A DNA stretch of 52,483 bases from Nostoc sp. DedSLP01 (GCA_034530875.2 JAVRCJ020000047.1:1-52483), one strand, 5' to 3'. Positions 37,323 through 48,613 are shown, numbered from the stretch's first letter. Numbers and translations: made by a program. Notes: generated by a model not told the origin, from the letters alone.

Positions 37323-38150
37323 TTACCGTGCATCGTTCACACCAATGAGTGGTTCGAGAAGTGCAAATACATCACTGCGGCTAAGTTTTTCTTTACCATT
37401 AGCAAGGGCTTCAAGAGTGCCGTTAGCTAAAGTTAAGGGAATTTGGCAAAAGTCTAAGGCTGGGCCGTGAGGAAGGGCTTTGGTATAACTTTCTGCCAGC
37501 ATTAAATTGCGCCGTGCATACTCATGCATATTAGCTGCACTCCAACCCTGGGGGAAGAAGTCCACCCCACGCCGCAAATCTTCAGTGTGGTTACGCAGGA
37601 TGTTAACTGCTTGTAAGCCCCGACCAAATCCAATTGCTTGAGTGCGGTTAGTTTGCGTTCCATCGTACCAAGTCCATAAGTCCGAGAGCAATAATCCGAC
37701 CGCCCCTGCAACCCCAAACGTATAACGATCTAAATCCGATTCTGTGTAGATTTTCCAGTTTCTTTCTGCCCAGTAACCCATTCGGTCTGCCATTGCAGCT
37801 GTTGCATCCCAAATTCGAGGTGCAATAGTCTCGGGCGCCAGTAGCGACCATTCTCTAATCCTGAGAGTAACTTCTTCTAATGAATTTTCATATCCACTAA
37901 ATCCTGCAAAGAAAGCATCTACAGGGAAGCCATCAACGCCTGCCTGTAATGTCAGGCTAATTGTGCGTAACAGCTTCCTTTTAGTAAGATTATCTAATTC
38001 TGGATGATCTTCAATTTCATCAATCGCACGCATACACAAATATGCTGATGCTACTGCTTCTTGCAATCCTGGTGGTAAAAGGCTAATTGGAATATAAAAA
38101 GTTCGGCTAGTTTCTTTGAGGATTTGCAGTGCATCTGTACGTAAATTCAT
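37323..38150 (-). CDS. Phytoene/squalene synthase family protein (squalene synthase-like)
   Basis: TSRTFYIPI, MRAIDEIEDH, DLDRYTFGVAGAVG, GLQAVNILRN; ATG 38150 with GGGAG SD. Confidence 0.88.
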   Translation of the reverse strand: MNLRTDALQILKETSRTFYIPISLLPPGLQEAVASAYLCMRAIDEIEDHPELDNLTKRKLLRTISLTLQAGVDGFPVDAFFAGFSGYENSLEEVTLRIREWSLLAPETIAPRIWDATAAMADRMGYWAERNWKIYTESDLDRYTFGVAGAVGLLLSDLWTWYDGTQTNRTQAIGFGRGLQAVNILRNHTEDLRRGVDFFPQGWSAANMHEYARRNLMLAESYTKALPHGPALDFCQIPLTLANGTLEALANGKEKLSRSDVFALLEPLIGVNDAR

Positions 38151-38781
38151 GTTATCACTCCCCGCTTGATTGTTACACCACATGAAGTTTGCAGTTTTTT
38201 GATGATACTGGATATAGTTTTGACTAAACCTTAAAAACTATAGACTATAAGATACGCTAGTATTTGATCTACAAATTAATAGTTTTTGGTGTTGCAATTA
38301 ACAAACCCTCAAATTTATTAAAGTTTAGTCTAGTATATAGGTTTTCCGATGCAAAAAAGTGTGCAGTATAGCTGGATTTAGCTACCATAAATTTTTGGCG
38401 CAAATATTATCAATTATGTTAATATTTAATAGCTTTTGGTCGAATTTATCCAATAGCTAAGATTCATTATCAGTTTTTGAAACTGTTCTCGGTCTGCGTT
38501 AATACTACTAATTATTGAGAATTTTTGTATCTATAGAGACAAGTGAGTAAAAATTCAGAAGAGATAATACTAACTGTATACATCGCAAGATGTGAAGGGT
38601 AGCTGGCCGAAAATTAGTGTTACTGAGTTTTGGAAACATACGGCAGCGATCGCTGATTGGGGAGAAAGATCGGTGACTGTAATCTAGAACAACAAGTTCC
38701 CGTATATTCACTTGGTTGATAATAAAAAAGTGGGCAAATAGCCCACTCAACAAAACATCGGTGAATGTGCAATATAATTTT

Positions 38782-40311
38782 TTACTTGTTTTCGGCTGGT
38801 GCTAGCCCATTAATTGCCGGGCCGTTGATTACTTTTCCTTGAGTATCAAACCGCGAACCGTGACAGGGACAATCCCAAGTCTTTTCTGAGGAATTCCAAG
38901 CAACGATACAGTTGAGGTGAGTACAAGTTGCCGAATGTTCGTGGAGTTTGCCGTTTTCGTCTCGGTAAGCTGCGACTTTTGTCAAACCACGCCGCACCAC
39001 TGCACCTGTACCGGGAGTGAGTTGTTCCACAGAATCAACATCACCCGGTGTCAACCAATCTAAATACTGGGTAGCAACATTCAAATTCTCAGAAATAAAA
39101 TCGCCTACTCCCCCCATCCCCAAACGCGATGGGTCGTATAGTTTTGCCCAACTATTTTCTCGTCCCAAAATCAAATCAGTTAAGAGTATACCTGCGATCG
39201 TGCCGTGAGTCATGCCTATGCCTGTATCGCCAGTGGCAATGTAGACGTTTTCTTCGTCAAAGGGATTTTTACCGATGTAAGCAATACCGTCATCAGAATT
39301 CATTACCTGACCCGACCAGCGAAATAAAACTTCCTTTGCCATTGGGAAACGTTCTCGCGTCCATGTTTCGAGTCTGGCATACCGCGCATTGGCATCATCA
39401 GCTTGTCCGGTTTTGTGGTCTTCACCGCCAACAATTAATACATCATGCTCGTCATCAAGTTTCTGTAATCTAATGTAGTGATAAGGGTCGAGGGTATCCC
39501 AATAAAGCGCTTTGTAAACGGCATTATGAGGCACTTTCACACCGATGACAAAAGTCATGTATGCAGCTTGCTTAAAGTGCATGGTAGCCAGGTTACTGAT
39601 GGGTGAGTTGGTTGCTACCACCACAGCATCGGCTGTAACAACTTGACCGCCGCTTGTTTCAACGCTGGCGGGTAAACCACCTTTGATTTTTTCGACATGC
39701 GTTCGCGTATAAATTTCACCACCGCGATTTTGAATCGCTTGTGCCAGTCCTGCAAGATACTTGAGTGGGTCGAATTGCCCTTGTTGGGGAAAGCGCAGAC
39801 ACACTCCCGTGTCAAAACCAGTGAATGGTGCTTTTTTCACTATTTCCACATCAGTGAGTCCGATGCGGTGTGTAGCTTCTAACTCGTGCTGAATTTCATC
39901 GAGGGATTTCAGGTCTCGCGGAAATAGATAACCATCAAGCCGTTCAAAGTCGCAGTTAATATTTTCTTTGGTAGCGATCGCCTCTATAGTATTAATCGCT
40001 GTTGTATGGCTTTGAGCAATCAATTTTGCGCCTTGTTTGCCGTGCATTTGCTCTAGTTCGTAGTAGCGATAACTGAGCACATTCGATATGTGCGCCGTTG
40101 TCCGTGCAGTTTGGCCGCCACCGATGGCGCCATCATCCAGCACGACTACAGACTTACCTTGGCGGGTTAAAAAATAGGCTGTTGACATCCCCGCAATCCC
40201 AGCACCAATAACGCACACATCTGCATGAAGATTTTTTGTAAGCGCAGATTGTTCTGGAACTTTTGCGGTTGTCATCCAAATAGAAGTAGTTTTACCAGAG
40301 TCGTTTTGCAT
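38782..40311 (-). CDS. FAD-dependent oxidoreductase with C-terminal Rieske domain (YhfW-like)
   Basis: [23 protein letters not shown] and CPCHGSRF; start at ATG 40311. Confidence 0.92.
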   Translation of the reverse strand: MQNDSGKTTSIWMTTAKVPEQSALTKNLHADVCVIGAGIAGMSTAYFLTRQGKSVVVLDDGAIGGGQTARTTAHISNVLSYRYYELEQMHGKQGAKLIAQSHTTAINTIEAIATKENINCDFERLDGYLFPRDLKSLDEIQHELEATHRIGLTDVEIVKKAPFTGFDTGVCLRFPQQGQFDPLKYLAGLAQAIQNRGGEIYTRTHVEKIKGGLPASVETSGGQVVTADAVVVATNSPISNLATMHFKQAAYMTFVIGVKVPHNAVYKALYWDTLDPYHYIRLQKLDDEHDVLIVGGEDHKTGQADDANARYARLETWTRERFPMAKEVLFRWSGQVMNSDDGIAYIGKNPFDEENVYIATGDTGIGMTHGTIAGILLTDLILGRENSWAKLYDPSRLGMGGVGDFISENLNVATQYLDWLTPGDVDSVEQLTPGTGAVVRRGLTKVAAYRDENGKLHEHSATCTHLNCIVAWNSSEKTWDCPCHGSRFDTQGKVINGPAINGLAPAENK

Positions 40312-40879
40312 ATTTTTGTAGAGTCTCAAATTTAATTTATCTGCTGGAAATAGCTTTATAAAACTAAGGGTTATAAATAGATTAGATGTAATCAAAAAGG
40401 AAAGTATTTCCTTTGATTATCGCGGTATATACATCTTTAACCCATGCCTAAACTAAGTTAAGTTTAGATTCCAGCCTCTTCTTTTGTCAGTTTAGACTAA
40501 AATTTATAATTTTTGCCTCTACAGAATGATAGAAATAAAAATATACTTTATTCAAGATGCAATTTTTAAAAGATATATTTCAAATTTTGAAATTACGCAA
40601 TTAGCAAATGAGCGCAATCAAATCAGACTAGATAAATAGATGACCGTCGGGCACACATCTTTGTACCTTAAAATGATTTAATTTGCAAACAAGTGTATTC
40701 AATTAAATTGATAAAGTTTATAAGTTTACGACAATTATTGGACTTTCCAGCGAGAATTAATATCGCTCAGTCAAAAGCAGGAAAATCAACCAATAAAATT
40801 GGAAAAATTTTTCTGAGTATTGTTACTAGCATTGGCAGCTTTTTGGATGATGCTATACTTTAGCTATTGTCTTTAAAAT

Positions 40880-41006
40880 TTATCGAAACAATTGGATCTC
40901 AAACTTCGCCTTAAAAGGCGAAAAGTTTTTAGAATGGGGTATAAATCCTCGTTACAACAAAAATGACCTCCAGCAAGAACTGCCCCCTGCCTCCTGCCTT
41001 CGTTAA
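40880..41006. mobile_element. ~125-bp MITE-like repeat, copy B
   Basis: TTATCGAAACAAT...GGGGTATAAATCCTCGTTACAA...CTCCAGCAAGAACTGCCC...CCTTCGTTAA. Confidence 0.8.
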
Positions 41007-41317
41007 ACAGAACTGCAAATTGTAGTGCAAGATAGGTTTTTGGAATCTCTACCCCTAAAGCGATCGCCAACTTTGTAGTGTTAGGTAGCGCTGCCAAGAG
41101 TATAGCAGATAACATCCTCTGCAATTGACGAACCCTTACAAAAGTCAATTTTTGAATTACCATTATTTATTACTTTAAATTTTGCCAGAAAAAATATGCA
41201 TTGGGGTAGATGAACAGTCACTCAAGGGGTAGCTTAAAATACGATGGATATAAAAAATTAAGCCGTCAGAAATACGGTAGTTTAGAACGCTAGATAGATG
41301 CGGTTAGAGAACCCTCC

Positions 41318-44300
41318 ATGTTAAAAATTAACCGCTTGCGACCGCAAGATATATTTAAAATTCCTGCAAATTCATTTGTGGCAAAAATCGCAAGTGCGAG
41401 CTCTATTTTGGTTGGTAGCTTAGTACTAGTTGGTTGGTGGCTGAACATTGAAGTTCTTAAACAGGGCTTTGTTGGTAGTCCTGCCACAATGAAGTTTAAT
41501 ACAGCACTATGCTTTGTGCTGTCTGGCGTGTCGCTGTTGGTGTTTTTAACATTCCAAGAAAATAACAACAGGGAGAGGGGGGAAAGAACAATTCAAAATT
41601 ACAGCTACTCCTTGACTCTTCTAATTTCCAGGGTTTGTGGAATAGTCGTTATCACAATTGCTGCACTCACACTCTGTCAATATCTGTTCGGCTGGAATTT
41701 TGGTATTGATGAGTTAGTATTTCGTGATTCATCGGGTAGTTTGGCGACATCGCATCCGGGACGAATGGGGGCGAACACGGCACTAAACTTTGTCCTGGTT
41801 AACGTCGCCTTACAGTTTCTGATTCATCCAAAAACCCAACGCAGTTATTGGTATGCCCAAATTCTCGCTTTGATAAGTAGTTTGATTTCTTTTCAGGCGC
41901 TTATGGGTTATGCCTACAAAGTGAAAATTCTTTATGGTATTGCTCCTTATACAACATCAATGGCGTTCCATACAGCGGTGTTGTTCAGTTTACTAAGTGT
42001 AGGCATTCTCTGGGCGCAGCCAGAACAGGGATTAATGAGAGTAGTTACAAGCGATAGCTACGGTGGTTTACTTGCACGCCGTTTATTAATTGCAGCGATC
42101 GCAGTACCTTTTATATTAGGGTGGGTAATTGTTGAAGGTCAACGAGCAGGACAATACGACCCAGCTTTTGCAGTCTCAGTGTTTGCCATCGTCCTGATTG
42201 TAATTTTTACTATTTTAATTTGGCAAAGTGCGAGAATTATCGAACGTCTCAGCCATGAGCGCGATATCTCCGATGGGCTACGGCGGCGGGCGCAAGAAGC
42301 ACTTAGAGCCTACGAAGATAAACTAGCAAGTTTTGTAGATGCTAACGTTATCGGCATTGCCTTTGCTGACATCTACGGTGGTATTCACCAAGTGAATGAC
42401 GAATATTTGAGGATAATTGGTTACACGCGCCAAGAGTTCTTAGCAGCTGGGTTAAGTTGGCAAGAGATTACACCTCCAGAGTATCGACACTTAGACCAAC
42501 AAGGTATTGCTGAAGCCAAAGCAAACGCCAAAGGCGCTTGTACGCCCTACCAGAAAGAATACATTCGCAAAGATGGTAGTCGAATTCCGGTTTTAGTTGG
42601 TTACGTGCTGTTAGGAGAAAAACGGGAAGAGTCAGTAGCGTTTATCCTCGATTTGAGCGAACGCAAGCAGGCAGAAGAAGTACTCCGCAATCAGCACAAA
42701 TGGCTAGAAGATGTGTTAAATCTGATGCCAAGACCGCTGCTGTTTATCGAACCAGGAACCGCGCGGGTAATTTTTGCCAATCGCTCTGCTGACGAGTTAG
42801 CTGGAGGCGAATTTCCTAAAGGTGTACCAGCGGCAGAATATCATACAGTTTATCACTATACAGATGCGGCAGGAAATCCCATTCCCAACGAAAAAACGCC
42901 AGGAGTGCGGGTGGCTCTTGGCGAACGTCTGGATGGGGTGGAGGTTGACTGGCATACTAGCTCTGGCGTGCGCTCTCTATTGATATTTGCCGATACTTTG
43001 CCAGCTATGCACGGGCATCCGGCTATCTGTATTTTAGTGTTCCAAGATATTAGCAAACTCAAGCAAGCAGAAAAAGCGCTTTCCTTGGGCTATCAAAGGC
43101 TAAAGCTACTTTTTGAGACAGCTAATGCCCTGCTATCAAGCCAGCAACCAGTGGAACTTATCGATAGTGTTTTCCGAAAACTCTCCGAGCAAATTGGTTT
43201 AGATGTTTACTTCAATTATTTGGTTGAGGATAACTCGGAGATTATGCGGTTGGAGTCTTACAGTGGTATTTCTCCAGAGCTAGCAAAGGAAATTCAATGG
43301 TTAGCATTTGGAGAAGCGGTTTGTGGTACTGTAGCCCAGCAACGCCGCCCAATACCTGTAGAGAACGTGCAACAATCAACTGACCGGAAAACAGAATTGA
43401 TTCGTTCTTTAGGCATTAGTGCTTATTATTGTTACCCGTTAATGGCACAGGGACGGCTGTTAGGTACTCTTTCCTTTGGCAGTCGGACTCGGCTGAGTTT
43501 CACCGAGAATCAAAAGGGAATGATGCAGGCTGTCTGCGACCAAATTGCGATCGCAATGGAACGAGCGAGTTTAATTGCATCTTTACAGCAGCAAACCGAG
43601 CAGCTGCAACAAGCTAATCGCATTAAAGACGAGTTTCTAGGCATATTATCCCACGAATTGCGATCGCCCCTCAATGCCATCCTTGGCTGGGCGCAAGTAT
43701 TGCAACGCAGCAAGCTCAACGAAACCCAAATTGCAAAAGCTATGGAGACAATTGAGCGCAATGCTAAGGCGCAAACCCAGCTAATTGAAGACTTGCTGGA
43801 TATATCGCGGATGAATAGAGGCAAATTACGCCTCAACGTCCGGACTTGCGATTTAGTGGCGATAATTGAGTCGAGCCTAGAAACTGTTCGCCTAGCTGCT
43901 CAATCAAAGGGAATCGATTTGAGATTTTCCCTACTTTCTTCGCTAGAAACCGAAAACAAACATCCACACGATAGCTACAAACCCGAAGATTCAATATTTT
44001 TAGTGTCGGGTGATTGCGAGCGCTTGCAGCAGATTGTTTGGAATTTGCTATCCAATGCCATCAAATTCACACCTCCAGGAGGAAAAGTAGAGGTGCAATT
44101 GTCTGTAGTGAGTGACATCAGCGCCTCAACCTCCAGCTTAGGACAACAGACAATCGAAAAATACGCTCAAATTCAAGTCATTGACACAGGTATTGGCGTC
44201 AGTAGTGATTTTCTGCCATTCGTTTTCGAGCGTTTTCGTCAAGCTGATAGTTCTAGCACGAGAACTTATGGTGGCTTAGGACTGGGATTAGCAATCGTGC

Positions 44301-44830
44301 GTCATTTAGTAGAGTTACATGGCGGCACTATCCACGCAGATAGTCCTGGCAAACAACAAGGCGCGACATTTACAGTCAAGTTACCAATTTTAAAAAGTCT
44401 TCCCCTTCCCTCTCCTGCTCTTGTTTCCTCTCCCCCTTTCTCCCCTTCCCTCGCTGGCGTGCGGATATTGGTTGTAGACAATCAAGTTGATAGCCGTGAG
44501 TTGATAATCACAGTACTCGAACAGTGCCAAGCTGAAGTTCGAGCAGTAGCATCAGTTCCAGAAGCATTGGAGATAATTCGAGACTGGAAACCACATGTAT
44601 TAGTTAGCGACATCGGTATGCCTGAAGAGAATGGTTACTCTTTAATTCGCAAATTGCGATCGCAACCACCAGAACTAGGAGGAAATATTCCCGCAGCAGC
44701 ACTGACAGCTTATGCAAAAGCTGAGGAACGGGTACGAGCGATACAAGAAGGTTATCAGCTACATTTGCCCAAACCCGTTGAACCAGCTGAGTTAGCGACA
44801 GTAGTTGCTAGCCTTGTTGGACGTAGTTGA
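41318..44830 (+). CDS. Hybrid sensor histidine kinase (multi-TM, PAS, PAS-like, GAF, HisKA, HATPase, REC)
   Basis: About seven TM segments, KEYIRKDGSRIPV PAS, GEAVCGTVA GAF, LSHELRSPL, NLLSNAIKFT, GLGLGL, LVSDIGMP. Confidence 0.93.
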   Translation: MLKINRLRPQDIFKIPANSFVAKIASASSILVGSLVLVGWWLNIEVLKQGFVGSPATMKFNTALCFVLSGVSLLVFLTFQENNNRERGERTIQNYSYSLTLLISRVCGIVVITIAALTLCQYLFGWNFGIDELVFRDSSGSLATSHPGRMGANTALNFVLVNVALQFLIHPKTQRSYWYAQILALISSLISFQALMGYAYKVKILYGIAPYTTSMAFHTAVLFSLLSVGILWAQPEQGLMRVVTSDSYGGLLARRLLIAAIAVPFILGWVIVEGQRAGQYDPAFAVSVFAIVLIVIFTILIWQSARIIERLSHERDISDGLRRRAQEALRAYEDKLASFVDANVIGIAFADIYGGIHQVNDEYLRIIGYTRQEFLAAGLSWQEITPPEYRHLDQQGIAEAKANAKGACTPYQKEYIRKDGSRIPVLVGYVLLGEKREESVAFILDLSERKQAEEVLRNQHKWLEDVLNLMPRPLLFIEPGTARVIFANRSADELAGGEFPKGVPAAEYHTVYHYTDAAGNPIPNEKTPGVRVALGERLDGVEVDWHTSSGVRSLLIFADTLPAMHGHPAICILVFQDISKLKQAEKALSLGYQRLKLLFETANALLSSQQPVELIDSVFRKLSEQIGLDVYFNYLVEDNSEIMRLESYSGISPELAKEIQWLAFGEAVCGTVAQQRRPIPVENVQQSTDRKTELIRSLGISAYYCYPLMAQGRLLGTLSFGSRTRLSFTENQKGMMQAVCDQIAIAMERASLIASLQQQTEQLQQANRIKDEFLGILSHELRSPLNAILGWAQVLQRSKLNETQIAKAMETIERNAKAQTQLIEDLLDISRMNRGKLRLNVRTCDLVAIIESSLETVRLAAQSKGIDLRFSLLSSLETENKHPHDSYKPEDSIFLVSGDCERLQQIVWNLLSNAIKFTPPGGKVEVQLSVVSDISASTSSLGQQTIEKYAQIQVIDTGIGVSSDFLPFVFERFRQADSSSTRTYGGLGLGLAIVRHLVELHGGTIHADSPGKQQGATFTVKLPILKSLPLPSPALVSSPPFSPSLAGVRILVVDNQVDSRELIITVLEQCQAEVRAVASVPEALEIIRDWKPHVLVSDIGMPEENGYSLIRKLRSQPPELGGNIPAAALTAYAKAEERVRAIQEGYQLHLPKPVEPAELATVVASLVGRS
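42261..42289 (+). repeat. In-frame SDR5-like 21-nt insertion within the kinase CDS
   Basis: GCGAT-ATCTCCGATGGGCTACGGCGG-CGG encodes ISDGLRR. Confidence 0.7.
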
Positions 44831-44832
44831 AA

Positions 44833-44975
44833 AGGAGGTGGGGAGATGGGGAGGTGGGGAGATGGGGAAGTGGGGGAGGAGAGGGAGGAGAGGGAGGTGT
44901 GGGAGCAGGAAGCATAAATTCTCTTTCTCCCCACACCCCCCACACTCCCCATTCCCTATTCCCTGTTCCCTATTA
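44833..44975. repeat. G-rich then C-rich STRR tracts between convergent genes
   Basis: (GGGGAGAT/GGT)n-like 9-mers followed by CCCCACA/TTCCCT heptamers. Confidence 0.8.
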
Positions 44976-44982
44976 CCTTTAT

Positions 44983-45678
44983 TTAAATCGGCAAACGATT
45001 AATATCTTTATTACAGCCAATAACTACCATTGCCGAACCACGTTCTAAACGCTTGGTGGGGTCAGGATTAATTTGAAATTTACCATCTTGACTTACCGCC
45101 AGCAAATTCAAACCGAAGCGGTTGCGGAGTTGAAGTTCGCTAATGGTTCTGCCGTGAAATTCATCAGGCACAATCAACTCTACAATACTGTTATCTGGGT
45201 CGAGGTCAAACCGATCTAAAATAGATGGTTTGGTTAAAGTACGCGCTAGAGCACAACCCGCTTCATATTCAGGAAAAATAACGTGATCTGCTCCCACTCG
45301 CCGTAACAGTTTACAGTGAACTTCACTAGAAGCTTTAGCAACTACATGGGGTACACCAGCCTCCTTCACGTTTAAAGTGGTGATGATGCTTTCCTGAACG
45401 TAGTTACCGATCGCTACAATTACCGTATCAAATTCAAAAATTCCAGCTTCTTTAAGTGCAGCAGGTTCGGTAGAGTCTAGTTGCAAAGCGTGGCCAACTA
45501 TTTGCTCAGTTAATGCTTGGGCAACTCGTTTTTCATCAATATCTGTTGCCAGCACTTGATAGCCGAAATTGTGCAAAGTCGAACAAACAGATCTACCAAA
45601 ACGACCTAACCCAATTACGGCAAATTGGTGGTTATCTTTACGTAAACTGCGAAAAAAACCTAATGATGACAGATTCAC
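44983..45678 (-). CDS. ktrA: KtrA/TrkA potassium uptake NAD-binding subunit
   Basis: VIGLGRFG, DTVIVAIG, GADHVIFPE, TrkA-C domain. Confidence 0.93.
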   Translation of the reverse strand: MNLSSLGFFRSLRKDNHQFAVIGLGRFGRSVCSTLHNFGYQVLATDIDEKRVAQALTEQIVGHALQLDSTEPAALKEAGIFEFDTVIVAIGNYVQESIITTLNVKEAGVPHVVAKASSEVHCKLLRRVGADHVIFPEYEAGCALARTLTKPSILDRFDLDPDNSIVELIVPDEFHGRTISELQLRNRFGLNLLAVSQDGKFQINPDPTKRLERGSAMVVIGCNKDINRLPI

Positions 45679-45780
45679 AGTTGTTATCCTTATTATGGCT
45701 CCCTGTATTTAGGGCAAAAAACGTTTATACCGATTGAATTAAAAGTTTTATTTTTTGCCTTAAACTGTAATTTTATCAGT

Positions 45781-45905
45781 TTAGTCATTGGTCATTAGTC
45801 ATTAGTCATTAGTCATTGGTCATTAGTTTTTTCTTCCCCTGCCCCCTCTGCCTCCTCTGCCTCCCCTGCCTCCCCTGCCTCCCCTGCTCCCCCTGCCTCC
45901 ATCTC
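45781..45905. repeat. STRR tandem repeats (TT(A/G)GTCA)n and (CTCCCCTGC)n between ktrB and ktrA
   Basis: About seven heptamers and about seven nonamers. Confidence 0.85.
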
Positions 45906-45909
45906 CTAC

Positions 45910-47244
45910 CTAGCCCACAAGTAAATTTTCTTCAGGATAATGAATTCTAGTAGGCCGTGGGTCTCCTAGTATAGCGGACATCAGCAGTAAAACACCTACT
46001 CGCCCAACATACATAGTGGTAATTAAGACAAGCTTTGCTGCTGTAGAGACAGTTGCCGTAATGCCTGTAGAAAGCCCTACAGTGGCGAAGGCTGATACGA
46101 CTTCAAACAAAATTTGAATAAAATCTAATTCTGGATCTGTGAGACTAATTAAAACAGTGGCTAAAATAACGGTCGCAACTGAACCAACTAACACACCCAC
46201 AGCTTTCAAAATTAAAGATATAGCTATCTTGCGTTCGTATAATAAAACTTCTTCTTTACCCTGAAGAATTGTTTGGGTGCAACTTGTTAAGACTCTTAGG
46301 GTTGTTGTTTTCATGCCCCCTCCCGTACCACCTGGACTTGCACCAATAAACATCAGTGCGATTGTTATAAATAAACCAGCGGTAGTCATTTTGCCAATAT
46401 CAATCGTGTTAAAGCCAGCAGTTCTGGGTGTGACTGATTGAAACCAAGCGACTAAAATCTGGTCGTATAAATTTAACGAACCAAATGTAGCAGGATTTCT
46501 GATTTCTATACAGAAAAAGGCAATTGTTCCTAGAATTAGCAAGATAATTGTGGTGCTGGTGGCAACTTTAAAGTCTAGAGAAAATATTTGACAAGTAGTT
46601 TTTTTAGAAATGCGGTCGCGCAACCATAGATACATCTCCAAAATTACTTGATAGCCGATTCCTCCGAAAATAATCAACATTGTGACAGTAAAGACAACTA
46701 ACAAAGATGATTGATAGCCAATCAAGTTATCTTTAAACAAACTAAAGCCAGCATTATTCCAAGAATTAACACTATGAAAAATCGCTAACCACAGTCCATT
46801 TTGCCATCCATGACTGGGAATAAAAGCTGGTAGAAGTAAAAATACACCAGTAATTTCAAAAATCAATGTTGTCGCAATAATTGAACGGATAACTTGAGCG
46901 CTACCACTCATCCCAGGTCGGTCTAGAGCTTGTTGAATTGCGATTTTTTGTCGCATATCAAACTTACGTCCTATTAGCAAAATCAGAAATGTGGTGGTTG
47001 TCATGTAACCCAATCCGCCAATTTGAACTAATAGAGCAATAAACAATTGACCCCAAAAAGAAAAATAAGTACCAGGATCGACTACTGATAAACCTGTAAC
47101 GCAAACTGCGGATGTAGAAGTGAATAGTGCCACAATCAAGTCATTCCACGTTCCACTGCTAGTTGAAAAAGGCATCATCAACAAGATAGTTCCTATTGCG
47201 ATGACGGCCACGAATCCTAAACAAATTGTCCGAGCAACAGTCAT
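45910..47244 (-). CDS. ktrB: KtrB/TrkH potassium uptake membrane subunit
   Basis: SAVCVTGL, NNAGFS, PRTAGF, GASPGGTGGGMK, SAFATVGLSTG. Confidence 0.94.
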   Translation of the reverse strand: MTVARTICLGFVAVIAIGTILLMMPFSTSSGTWNDLIVALFTSTSAVCVTGLSVVDPGTYFSFWGQLFIALLVQIGGLGYMTTTTFLILLIGRKFDMRQKIAIQQALDRPGMSGSAQVIRSIIATTLIFEITGVFLLLPAFIPSHGWQNGLWLAIFHSVNSWNNAGFSLFKDNLIGYQSSLLVVFTVTMLIIFGGIGYQVILEMYLWLRDRISKKTTCQIFSLDFKVATSTTIILLILGTIAFFCIEIRNPATFGSLNLYDQILVAWFQSVTPRTAGFNTIDIGKMTTAGLFITIALMFIGASPGGTGGGMKTTTLRVLTSCTQTILQGKEEVLLYERKIAISLILKAVGVLVGSVATVILATVLISLTDPELDFIQILFEVVSAFATVGLSTGITATVSTAAKLVLITTMYVGRVGVLLLMSAILGDPRPTRIHYPEENLLVG

Positions 47245-47246
47245 AA

Positions 47247-47601
47247 TTAATTCGTAATTCGTAATTCGTAATTCGTAATTTTTGAAAGAATAGATTTAAT
47301 CTGGGCTACTACCTCTTATATATATGTAGTTTTTTTAGAAAATTGGTATAAAGTCACATCAGAACAGTTAATTGAGGTAAAACTGCAAAGTTTTTTCCAG
47401 GAGCATAGATCGCTGTTTACCTTCCCTGGGACAAAAATACCCTTATTTAATTAAAAACATACATCGTAGCCTACGAATGGTTTTTTTTGACCAATTCCAG
47501 AGGTTCAAATCCCCCGCTTCTAACAGCAGCAAGTTTTGTGGCTCCTTCTAAATTTCCGTTACAAAACTTAATTACGAATTACGAATTACGAATTACGAAT
47601 T
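47247..47601. repeat. (TTCGTAA)4 and (AATTACG)4 STRRs in inverted orientation flanking the ktrB/vte4 divergent promoter region
   Basis: Arrays at about 47250-47280 and about 47570-47601. Confidence 0.8.
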
Positions 47602-47637
47602 ATTTTAAACTATGCTTTGTCTTGAGACTGCTTTTTC

Positions 47638-48480
47638 ATGAGTGCAACACTTTACCAGCGAATTCAACAATTTTACGATGCTTCCTCTGGTCTGTGGGAA
47701 CAGATTTGGGGCGAACACATGCACCACGGCTATTACGGGACTGATGGTAGCGAGCAAAAAGACCGCCGCCAAGCGCAAATTGATTTGATTGAAGAATTAC
47801 TGACTTGGGCGGGGGTAGAGGCCGCGTCAAATATTCTAGATGTGGGTTGTGGCATTGGCGGCAGTTCTTTATACTTGGCACAAAAGTTTAATGCTCAAGC
47901 TACGGGAATTACATTGAGTCCCGTGCAAGCCGCTAGAGCAAAGGAACGGGCTTTAGAGGCGAATTTGGGTGAAAGAACGCAGTTTCAAGTGGCGGATGCT
48001 CAAGCGATGCCTTTTGCCGATAATTCTTTTGACTTGGTTTGGTCGTTGGAAAGTGGCGAACACATGCCAGATAAAACCAAGTTTATGCAGGAGTGTTATC
48101 GGGTGTTGAAACCTGGCGGTACTTTTATTATGGTGACTTGGTGTCATCGACCAACTGATGAGTCACCGCTGACGGCGGATGAGGAAAAGCATTTGCAGGA
48201 TATTTATCGGGTGTATTGTTTACCTTATGTGATTTCTTTGCCAGAGTATGAAGACATAGCCCGTCAACTTCCATTAAAGAATATTCGTACTGCTGATTGG
48301 TCGCAGGCTGTTGCGCCATTTTGGAATGTGGTGATTGATTCAGCGTTCACCCCGCAGGCGCTTTGGGGTTTATTAAATGCGGGTTGGAGTACTATTCAAG
48401 GGGCGTTATCTCTGGGGTTGATGCGTCGGGGTTATCAGCGCGGGTTGATTCGGTTCGGGTTGTTGTGTGGGAATAAGTAG
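47638..48480 (+). CDS. vte4: Gamma-tocopherol methyltransferase (SAM-dependent)
   Basis: FYDASSGLWEQIWGEHMHHGYY, LDVGCGIGGS, WSLESGEHMPDK, VTWCHR. Confidence 0.88.
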   Translation: MSATLYQRIQQFYDASSGLWEQIWGEHMHHGYYGTDGSEQKDRRQAQIDLIEELLTWAGVEAASNILDVGCGIGGSSLYLAQKFNAQATGITLSPVQAARAKERALEANLGERTQFQVADAQAMPFADNSFDLVWSLESGEHMPDKTKFMQECYRVLKPGGTFIMVTWCHRPTDESPLTADEEKHLQDIYRVYCLPYVISLPEYEDIARQLPLKNIRTADWSQAVAPFWNVVIDSAFTPQALWGLLNAGWSTIQGALSLGLMRRGYQRGLIRFGLLCGNK

Positions 48481-48613
48481 GGGAAAGTTCGTAATTCGTA
48501 ATTCGTAATTTTCAGGAGTAGGAGCGTGGCAAGGCTAATATTTGTGCATTAGTAAAATTGGATAATATTTTTAAACTTGCCACGATACTACATAAATATT
48601 TCACTCTCACAAT

